This document shows, piece after piece, positions 53,063 to 64,000 of a stretch of DNA of 64,000 bases (position 1 is its first letter; every line of letters starts with the position of its first letter). Source of the stretch: Fimbriosthenelais zetlandica (Eukaryota); the NCBI GenBank assembly GCA_977030845.1, contig OZ365109.1, positions 15,562,001-15,626,000 of the forward strand, written 5' to 3'. Made by a program: the position numbers and the translations under genes. Under the pieces are notes generated by a model. The model was not told the DNA's origin. It saw only the letters and a program-made list of their open reading frames with translations, and ran no database searches.

Positions 53063-56000
53063 TGCTTTGGGCTTAAGATGTATTTATGTATTTAAGGATA
53101 AATACATTTCCAAGTGGGGTAATTATTCCTGTCAAAATATTAGAAATCGCCACTATAGCAGATTGATATTCACATTGGAAGTAGGCCTACCTTAGATTAT
53201 AATGGTCTCTTTCTGTAATTTTTAACCACTGCTAAAGCTTCATCCATTAGAACCACTATATGCATGTAGGTCTGATGAGCACCTGTGAAATCCTTTTCCC
53301 TTACTCCTGCTGCTTACTTGATTGAAGCCACATCCTTGGTTTCGTTCGTGTATCATTTTAAGCCAAGGCGCGGTTGGGCACCACCGGAAGGCTTCAGACA
53401 TCGTTTTTATAGAAAGGAAAATGTGGGGGAGGAGATGAAGCAACGTTGATTAATGTTACACCTAAACCGTCCCTCACCTATGTTTTCGTCCCTTAAAAGT
53501 CGTCTATTTTTACCCTATTTTTTTTTTTTTTAAATAGGCCTATGTAATTCCGAACTAAGATTTCTGCAAAAAAAGTTCCCCTAATTCTGAAGTATCTAGC
53601 AATCTTAAAGAACTTTTAAACCGGACAGGTATAATTGTATAATTTTTAGATCTATCAGCATATATCAGCATATATATAACATTGTGGCCCATGCCTTGCT
53701 TTATAAATATCCAAACCTTTGGACAGGTGATATTGGCAGTTCTAAATTCACCTCATTATAAAAGAAATCGCTTTTTGGATACCCGGTAGCCAAATATATA
53801 TGCTCGAGTCGTGAGGCTAAAGTCTGACCAGAACATTTTAACTGGAAAAAAATCCATAGAGAGTGGTTGGGAGGTCCAAAAAAGATTCACTTCCGGTAGA
53901 ACTTCAGGAGTTCTATGGTCTCAGGCACATTAAGCCGCCATTAGCATATGAAATTTTTGTTAGTGTATGTGCAGATTCCTCAAGGGATGTGCAATTACCT
54001 ATCAACTTCCGGGATAATGGCGCATCTCTAAGATTGAGACTATCCAGAACGTGATTAGTTTACTAAGTGTATTTCAATGTCAGTTTTCCTTTAAAGTTGC
54101 AAAGTGATATTTATGATTCTACAACTTGGTCTTTTGTAATGGGATCATGCATTATAATCATGGAATATGCAAAGGTAATCCTTCTATAATGTAGGGTCTT
54201 TTTAAAAACAAATTATCAATTAAATGATGGTACATGCAGTCATAATATTTTCCACAGAAGTTACAATGTATCACGTAGAAAGTTCTTGCGCGGAAATAAG
54301 ACCAATTTAATTCGGAATTATTGAAAATTGGCATTCATTTTGTTTTGACGTCAACAGATCTGTGGCTATCTGCATTTGCCGAGCCCCTATAATTCCTCGC
54401 TCCCGGTCTCCTGGCAAGATAGCAATGTCGTGGCAAATCACTCTTTTCAATTACTGTACAATGTCAGAGTGAGGGACTGTGAATGTTGATATACACTCGA
54501 AAACGTCAAGGAATGTAATATAGGCCTATGTTGGACCTCCTGAGAGATGCTGGACTTTAGATGGAGTATAGGCTTATATGCCATACTATGCAACATATAT
54601 TGCTTTGAACCAATTGGCTTAATTTGGTCTTTGATACTCGATCAGTCAGACCTTATATAAAGTTATATTAGGAGTCGCTAGGGGATTGATCTGTACGATA
54701 TATAGGATCCTTCCTTCAAGACAATAAGCCACACATATTGAGTTTTGTTTTATAGGAGCTGATAGTGATAGGGCACGCACACAGGGGTACTGGTGTCACA
54801 TAGCTGGGTGTGGCCATGTGCGGATATACATAAATTCGTGTTTATTCGACAAGATGGATGGTCAGATGTCACTGAAACATGCTCTTATTGAATACTTGCA
54901 TATTGATATCATGACCTGGGACGTTTCAAAAGGAAATATACTATAAGGTGGTTGTCCATTGAGATATTAAAATGATATACATATATATGTACATGCTCTT
55001 TTCGAAGTGGACACAACTCAATATGTATTGTGACTTATTGTCTTGAAGGAAGGATTGTAACAGGAGCCCGTTTCAAAACAATGATTATCATTGAAACGCA
55101 CCCCGGGACATATCAATCTAAATAATATAAAATCACATTATATTGATCAAGAGGAATTATATGGAAAGTTATACATATTAATATCATGACAAATTGTCCG
55201 CATTTCTAGATCCTCTTTACGATGCTTGTTGATAGTTGTTTTGAAGATAGTTAATGTTGATAGGAACAGGATATTATTGTCAATCCTAGAGTAGAGGGAA
55301 AGACAAATCTTTTGATTGCGTCAAGGGCGGATCGGGGGGCGGGGGTGGGGGTGTAGGGGATGTGGAGTGGTGGATGTGAAGGATCAGGACCCCCTTTTCG
55401 GCTTTTGTTATTGTGTGTGTTGGGGGGGGGGGGGGGGGGGGGGGTGGGGGTGACTAGCATTGCACAAACTTTAGCAGATGTCCCCTATACCCGGTTTTAG
55501 CCATATCCCGTATTTGCTATTCGCATTAAGTACAAGGCTCTATAGTAACTTCGAAACACGATTTTCTTTCTGTATTATAGTTTTCCTGGTAGAGGATGGG
55601 CGAATAATTCCTCTGCCATATTTTCCAACGTTTAATGCACGAGAAGTGAAAGCGCAAAGAGCCGGATTCTAGAAAATGTTCCACTCCTTATAGACGGGGG
55701 CCACCAGAAGGGGTACGAGATCTAGACGAGGTCATGAGCGGAGCTTGCTTTGAATATGATTATAATATTTATTATGGAAAATCAAATGTAACCATAAGCT
55801 TGCGGTAGAGGTCGGTAAATGATTTTCTTTATACATTTGTAGATTGGTCGTGGAAGGGTCCTAAATATACTCATTCAACTAGTCCCGTAGATATCCCATA
55901 ATAAATGGGATATATATGCAACCGGTCCTACGTTTGGACCGCTATGCATAGTGCAGGCATGACGTGAGCAAAATGTTAATCAAACCAGAGGTTATCCTAA

Positions 56001-56144
56001 TCACATAGGTAATTGTTCAATAGTAATCACACAGCATAATGTATGTAAAGCCGATTACAATATTAATGAGTACCGTGGTCTATCTTTAGGTTCTATTTAA
56101 ACGGATCAACCATGAATAATCATTGTTGCTCGTTTTAGGCCTAA

Positions 56145-56353
56145 AGTCTGATAAACACTTATCCGATTCTCCATCCATCGCCATCCGAACCCTGCTTTCC
56201 AATGGCATCTAAAGATTGAAATTTGGTCAGTAGATATCCTTAACTGTTGTAAAGGTCTGTTCAAATTGCATGCATTTGGTGTTAATAAAAATATAGTTTC
56301 GGACAACTATCGGATGGAGCCGGATAGAGAATCAGATTAGTGTGCTCCAGCCC
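56145..56353 (-). mobile_element. MITE, PIF/Harbinger-like, second copy of the 6269-6469 family
   Basis: Reverse complement matches CACACTAAT..GATTCTCTATCCGGC.CCATCCGATAG.TGTCCG; TAA on both sides. Confidence 0.8.
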
Positions 56354-57023
56354 TAATGCATCGGCACGTCTACATCATGTAGCTTCTAGAAAATTAAAAA
56401 AAAACTGATGTGGATTAGTGATTGAAGTCAGAACAGTTCTGTCAATAACTAAAAAGCATTGCACTTGTTTGATAACAGCGAAAGTTGAAACTATTACGAT
56501 CAACATACTTTCTGTGTGATTGAAGACGAAACAACAAATTGTGGATAAATAAAGTGGAAAATAATATGTGAAGTAATTTCAGATTTTAAAATGATTAGAA
56601 ATGAAAAGTTGTACATTCTATGTATTTTATTTATAAGGACTACCCATAGAATACGAATGGTATGAGAGAGTAAGTGGGAAGTAGGAATAATTGACTCACA
56701 TGAAATACATGCCCAACATTCATCATTTTATCAAAAGCAACTTGTGGCATTCGTAGTAGGCGTACAGATTATGTCTCAGCACAACACCTGCAGATGCCAG
56801 CACTGTATACCCCAGCAGCGAAATTAGAATGGCGTCCTTTCCGCCAAAGACATCTGTCATAAAATACCACATGCAGTCATGAAAATGGACCACTGTGCAC
56901 ACCTTTAGGTTGTTTTATATTACTTTGAATAATCCGTATGATTTTTGGCAGAAATATATTTCTGATCAGATTCCTTCATATCCATGGCAATATACATAAA
57001 ACAGGATTCTTTCGACGATTCAC

Positions 57024-57425
57024 TAAAGGTGCATTTTTAAGCCAAGTATCGGATGAATGGACGTGTTTTCATTAGATGAGTCTCAAGTCGCAAAAATGGA
57101 TTTTGAGTCCGAGATTCGTATAGATCAGATCACGAGCGTTCCAATGATGTCCATGGATAGCACAATTTCAAAAAAAGTAGTGACAGCAAAAACTAGAGAA
57201 AATGCCCAACTGGAAGAAATTTTGAATGGAAAACACGCACCAAGTTGAACTCTTCTCAATTCCACCTACAAAAATAGCCAAAACATTGTATACTTACTTT
57301 TAATGCGAAAATGCAATAAGAGAAACAAATAGCTTGTTCACAACGGTTTCAGGCCCGTAGCGCTGAATGACCCTGTGCGACTTTAGACTCACTTAGTGAA
57401 AACAAATCACATATTACGTCCTTTA
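57024..57425 (-). mobile_element. Interspersed repeat copy 2 (family of 1066-1447), possibly Kolobok-like
   Basis: Homology to 1066-1447; termini TAAAGG...CCTTTA; superfamily call is tentative. Confidence 0.7.
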
Positions 57426-58357
57426 CGAATGAGGCCTGTAGTTTGTATAGGAAACATCTGACGGCGAGTTTGATGGATAAGGCAATAAAGAGTGTAAACA
57501 TTAACTAGGTTCCCCCCGACTGCGAGTAGCCTTCGACACCTCTGTTACAACTTACATACAGAAAAATCCAATCTTAAAGGGAAACAGGTTTAGACTGCCC
57601 ATCCCCAACCCACCCCAATCTCCAATCCGGTCCATTATAATTACCACACATAGATTACCCAGTTATATCCACCGCATATCCACGAATGGAATATAAATTT
57701 AATGAATTGGACAATTTGATAAGATGAAGGCGCCTACTTGTGAGCCTAGTGCCCTTTATAGTGCTGCCTAACACCGGGTTGATCAGTCTTAGCACTGTCC
57801 TCTTGTTTCTGAGTGCCAAGCGAGTGAGCCAGTGGAACCATTTTTCAGTATGACCCGCACGCAGTTTGAACCGGCAAACTTCAAAGGGCACAAGCAACTC
57901 TAACCACTAAACTGCCGTTGAATAGAACGGTTAATAGTTGAGTCGACTCTCGAGAGTGAATGGGATGGGAAAATCCTCGGGCTCCACCCTTGGTTTGCCC
58001 TCCCATTCACTCTCGGGGCATACCGCCACCACTATGATTTCTCTATTTCTTGGTCAATTCTATCGCATAGAAAATACCCCACCCACCCAGCATATACCAG
58101 TCCTCCCTCCGATCCTGTAGCACCTGCTCCCATGCACCCACCCACCTTGCATTAGAAGGTACTTTTAATGATACTTGATCAATTTAATCAGGAGAATAGC
58201 ATAGGCCTATTATTAATGGCACTATAGGTAAATACGTGTACTATAAGGACAGCCATGCTTAAGCGACCCTGTAGTGTCCACCCGTGTCCCCTTCCCATGT
58301 TCCCATGGTTCATGAATAGCATCTTAATGCTCAAGACTCCAATATTTTGTCTTGCAG

Positions 58358-58441
58358 GGTCCTTCTTGCAGATGCTAATGCGCAGCGGATTCGGAGGTTC
58401 TAAGTTAAGGAGAAGTTCCATCTGGGACAGGAAATGACGAG
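58358..58441 (+). other. Candidate non-coding exon
   Basis: TTTTGTCTTGCAG| acceptor and GAG|GTAAGC donor; stops in all three frames. Confidence 0.3.
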
Positions 58442-61400
58442 GTAAGCTGTGTTCAAAATATATTTTTTTTATGCTGGGCTGGATTTTACTTATGCTTAAA
58501 GGTTGCCAATGGCATAAAGTCTATAGCAGTTGTTAAAATCCATGGGCTAACTTTCTGAAACGGAGAAAATATGTGCGTGTCTGAATACTAATTCGCACAT
58601 GTATTGGTATCATTCTAAACTTTATCGGAAATTCGGCCAAAATATGATAATGAATAGGCAAATAAAACTCTTACGGCAGATGGAATGTATTACTAGAAGT
58701 GGAGAGGAGATTTCCCATATTTTAATGACGACAATACTTAATTCGAACTAACTACACTGCCGCCATGTCGGTACTGAGATAAATGTGGTGTTTGGAGGCC
58801 TCTCGACCGATGACCGACATTATTCCGGCTTCTCAGGGGTCCTTTGCCAATCCCAATACGGACTTGATAATGGAAATGGAAGTCAAGTGGACTATTTGCC
58901 TGCTCATGCCTATGGCTCGATGCAAATAGTGGCTTAAGTGAGCAGACCATAGGCACCAAATGGAGACTAATCTCTTACTGGGCCCCTCAGCCATTCAACC
59001 AAACTAGTTAGTGCTGACCAAAAAAGGGCTTTTGCCTTCAGGAGTAATGGATGCCGTAGTTGTATGTCCCTTCAGTGCTACGCAATCTGCCCATGAAGCT
59101 CCATTTCATCTATATATAACTGGGGAAATTGGGGGAAGGATTCATACATGGACCCATCTATTAATAGATGATCTTATAAACATATATGATTTATGCCAAT
59201 ATCAAGAAAAACATATCGTTTGGTCATGTTAACGAATTACTACATACATGTACATGTATAACATCGGTCCTATTAATAATTAAGAATTAAGATGTTAGCC
59301 CATATGGTCCCCATGTCCATTATGCCTACCATTACATGGAACAACTCATCCACATTTATAAATCGTTCATCTATCGGTTATGCATGAATATATGCATAAC
59401 CGGTGCATAAATGCATATAGTATAGATAAAAGTGATGCATTCAGTCAGATTACGTCGTCTATAGCCGATCACCTCTCGCTATGTATCGAGAAAACATGGC
59501 TCCATGATGGATCATGCAGTATGCGTGTCATGCAGATCAAAAGATGTGGATGATCCATTAATTTTTCCCGTGTAGATGTCTCTGTATATCACATGTGATA
59601 ACAGAGCCAGGATTTTGAGAAAGGGGAGTTTAGTGACAAGAGGAAATTTACTATTTGAGCGACATAAAACCATCTCTGAAATGGGAAGAGGCGGGGAGAG
59701 GGGGGTGGGGAGGAGGTGTCATACAGCCTCTCCTTGATCTTCCATGGCAGATGCAGCCGTCCGAATTGAATCTTATACAGACACCTAACATAAATTTAGT
59801 CCCACTTTTTATAGCATAGCAATATCCACATATAACTCGCCTACTTCCAACTTATACAAACTTGTCTCACAGAAACAACAACCAGGTTTATGTTTTCAAC
59901 TGTCTAGCCCAGTGTTTCATTTCAAGCTGTTTTATGCCCCATTAGTGCAAAATCTTTAAACACAAACTCAAACTCATAAAGGAATTTGTCAATAGCTGTC
60001 TGACAGATTATATTAAATGGTTTCTGGATCTACTAGGATTTCCCTGGATTACTCGAGGGGAAAGTTCATATAGACTCTCAGGACAAATTAGAGGCATGCA
60101 TCTGACCAACGAGAGTAAAATTACTCTCGTTGATCTGACACTAGTATAATAGTTTGTTCTTAACAGTTACTCCGCATCATTATCCCCATCCTCATTATAT
60201 AGATTACTCCCTAATCCTGCATGGTTATCCATTGATCTCCAAGAGATCCTTGATAATGAAGCAAAATCTAAACCCATTTCATCTCTAAATGGTCTATGAT
60301 CAGCAATGGATCAGGTTTTGCCAATTTCTGAATAAGAGAGTTACTATTATTATTTATAAACCTCTGCTATTCCACCATGTAGACCTACACTATTGATTAA
60401 ACAAGTTATTAAGATCTTTAAGTGTCCTTTGCATGGGGGAATTCTCAGGTGTTGTTGCTTCAACGTCTAATAACTATCAGCAGTTCCTAACAGTTCCCAT
60501 CTAAGAAGTTCAGTCCGGGGAGGCAATAATTATTTTGATTGATGCAATTTCCAACTAACCAGAAAATAATGTATCCGACTAAATTGGTTCACGTGAAATC
60601 AATGATAACCCGACCCCTACACCGTATCTTATTGTAAAATAATCATCCAGGGCCAAGCAGTGATTTTAGCCCAGGACGCCTTTGACGGAGCTAAATCGCA
60701 TGCAAATCGGGACACAATCGTAACCGATATTGAAGGTTACCCATCCTTTATACGGATACATGAGTTGGTCCCTCGGGCTCCTGTCAGCTCCAATCCTATC
60801 TGCAGATAAGAGAATTAATTCAGTGGAGTGGAGGGACGTTTATATTCCCCGATATACTATAAGGCCTTCTGCATAGCGAGAGCTCAGTGCTTATCTGTGT
60901 CCCATAACCGTCAGCCATCAAAAGCACACAGACAGTGTTTTATTGGTTGATTTCCATTCTGATCAATCGTATCGAAATAATAATCATGACACAGGGTGAT
61001 AAATAATGGATGTACGTGGTTATCTCTCTTTGGACTCAGCATTGATAACAATGGTTGTTTATTAGTGGTGGAAATGTCTCCCTCCAAATATTATGAAGTC
61101 CAAACTGCATCCATGATAGATCTCTTCGATGGGACAAATCAATGGGTATGGTTCCACACCTGCATGAAATTTAAGATTCTGGAAACGCATTACACAAGGC
61201 GGGTTTGAGACAACCCTCGCAAATAATAAGTCTCCTAAAAGTGTCTCATCTCAGCTCAAGATAGTACAAGACCTATGAATAAAACGCTCGTAAACGTTCT
61301 TAGTACCATCTTAAGTCAGTTTTCACCATTGGTTTGACTATTATTTGCGAGAGTGTTTTTAGATGCGACAGCCGTTCTGCAATGCATCTCAAGACTCTTA

Positions 61401-64000
61401 GACGCTCTTAACTTAAGACAGAACTTCTGCAATGGAACTAATATGGCCCTAAGACAGAATTTCTGCAATGAAATTTCTGACAGAACTTTGATATAGATGT
61501 AAGTCACGATATTGTACTGAATTTGAGACTAGCTAGGTCTTGTTATGTTGATATTGCCCATTAATATCAACCGACCATAATGAGAGAATGTTAGAAAGTC
61601 GGTGACTAAAATAGACATAACCATTACTTGGATAGAGCTCTTACTCTTGAAGTGGCTTAATTTACTTCTCATTCTCTATCCACTAATTGGTAGTTTGGAA
61701 ATCACAGCTTTTTAAACTTTACATTCTTACTCAAGTGACATGATTTCTGTCCCCATTAAAAATCGAAGACAGATTAGGAACAAATTAATTTAACCTAATG
61801 TTAATTAGATTATATTACCTCAGGACGGGTTAAAAACCAAGTAATCCATATAATTTTTCAGATTGATGAACGACAGTGATTCGTTGTGTATTTTGCTGGA
61901 ACGTTAAACATGGACGTGATGCCACTATTGTCAATGAGGACACTTGATGTCAAGACATTTGGAGGAGAAATGGAAAAGATTGCCATCAACAATAATGTCA
62001 CCACGTACACAAATATGATCCTATCCAATTGAACATCTCCACAGCTTGAGGCACCGAGGCTGAGGGCACCAATCATATGAGGAGTGATTAAATGAATGCA
62101 AATTTGCCATTATGGAATTTTAAATTGATTTCTTATCTCTAATTTTATAATAATTTATAAATAAAACTCAGACACATGTTATTTTAGGTTAACATAATCC
62201 TGTGTGAAAAGTGCGTTAATTGGGAATTTATAATCGATTTTAATTCATAAATTTCCCCAATTACTAAAATGTTTTCAGAGAGATTCTGTATTATGTATAA
62301 TTATATTCATAAAGATATACCAGTCGAATAAAACATGTACTGTACATGTATACATGCATAATTTTATGCATAATGACCGTTAATCAACTTTGGCACAACA
62401 TAGGTCAAGTGAACCTTTGTGCAAGGGTATTGGGTTGAAAAATGCAGTAAAGAAATTACGGGACATAACTGCTACATTAAACCTCCTTTAAATCTTGATT
62501 CCACCCACGACCAAAAAGGTTATGCAGCATACTAGAGTGTTTTTTCAAAGAATTACCATGGGGACACACTTGAAAATTTAACATGAGGGGCTTGCTATAC
62601 ATAGCTCAACTATATGAAGGGCTTTTATTATTATTACTACATGTATAAGGACATTCCTAATCGTTCCTGTGACAGGCATAACTTAATATAATATTCCCAT
62701 TTAAGTTAGTCTATGTACAAACTTTTGAATGAAAGCTTGTACATGTGGGGGGTTCGAAGATTTACTGTTATTCTCAAAGTATGTATAAATATGAAATGGA
62801 AACAAGCCTGGGGTATATATTTATATATAATTGAGAAATTTAGAAAGAATTTATTTTTTGTGTGGAAATTTTAGGAATACAGAGACAGAAACCATGAACC
62901 AAGAATACTGTAAAAATTTCCTTGGTCGTAAAGTTCAGGGTTGACATTTTAAACAATGATCTCATCGTGCATGTCATTTAGCTAATGTGTTAAATATGAT
63001 GTTAACTAGAAGCAAGAGTCTTGAAATTAGATTAGGAGCTATTCATATATACACATATTGTCTTGTAAGTCATTGGTAATTTATTTTTACAATAAAAACA
63101 GACCGTATGATAACGGACCTCACTGCCTCCATGTCTTAGTCAAGTTGGACTCTGTATACGGTGGGTGAAGCATTGCCCAGTAAAAACTTACCTTCCAGGC
63201 AAAAACCTGTACACACTACAAACTGCTGTACTGAGAAATAAATGTAATCGATGCTAATTGGCTTTTGTATATGACAAGACATAACAGAATTCATCGACAT
63301 AATTTAGCTATAACTACATATTACCACAACTGTTACAAAGGGCAATGAAATGACAGACTTATCCATCTATAATTTTTATGCCTGGAACAGACTGTGGATA
63401 CCTCGGAATGCTTTCTTTTCCTGTCATGCTACTCGATTTTCTACAAATCTTAAAATTTTAAAGTTCTAAAAATTTTACTCTAAGTTAAGGAGTAGCACAT
63501 ACTCTGCGTTTGCTTGATTTAGATGCGTACTTTCTTCACTAGCGGTGCATAAAAAGACAGACCAGGACTGGGGCGACTATAATGGAAGCACGACCGCAAA
63601 AACGCTCTGGTCTGTTCAAGCCATAAGTTTTCCATCACTCTCAAGAAATAGACACGACCCATGGGAACATGCAGACGAGACCTTCTCCTTTCATCTATAT
63701 ATATATACTAATATATGAATTATTTCATTTCTAATATACTTATGTATAGCCTTACATACTCAACATATACACGATCCGACTGAAGGTTATAAGGGCCTGG
63801 CCCTTCTCTCCTTATCACAACTGCCACATAGACCTATCACGTTAATGCTAATCTCCTACATTCATTTTGACATGTGGGTGGACTACCTACCTCACTTGTT
63901 TACGCAGCCTGGGGGTTGGGGTTGGAGTGGTGGGCAGAGCTAGGCGGAAGCTACTTGTAGAGATAAGACCATTTGACGTCACATATATAACCATGGCCCT

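Noticed and set aside
57057-57248. 63-aa ORF MDVFSLDESQ...
   Set aside because: Lies inside an interspersed repeat whose other copy (1066-1447) has indels relative to it

Overview
Animal (bilaterian, probably marine invertebrate - inferred from gene content and repeat style) nuclear DNA with spliceosomal introns; no prokaryotic systems or CRISPR. Five protein-coding genes were hand-spliced from GT-AG sites: (1) the 5' part of AGTPBP1/CCP1 (Nna1) on the minus strand, running off the left edge; (2) a complete 682-aa adhesion GPCR on plus with signal peptide, GAIN/GPS and 7TM but no recognisable adhesion modules; (3) a KLF9/13-type zinc-finger gene on minus; (4) a compact FAM184-like coiled-coil gene on minus; (5) a small secreted peptide with an unfamiliar 10-cysteine framework on plus. 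Also present: four identical tRNA-Trp(CCA) genes in two pairs, a 5'-truncated L2-type LINE with an intact RT, a Tc1 remnant, a ~1.1 kb foldback element and several MITEs. I see no clear-cut new biological system. The best leads are the Cys-rich peptide, a dense CACGTG cluster in KLF intron 1, TAGGCCTA clusters that track gene 5' ends, the GAIN-only aGPCR, and the foldback element with a CTCF-like motif in its loop. Family assignments come from recalled motifs, not database searches.
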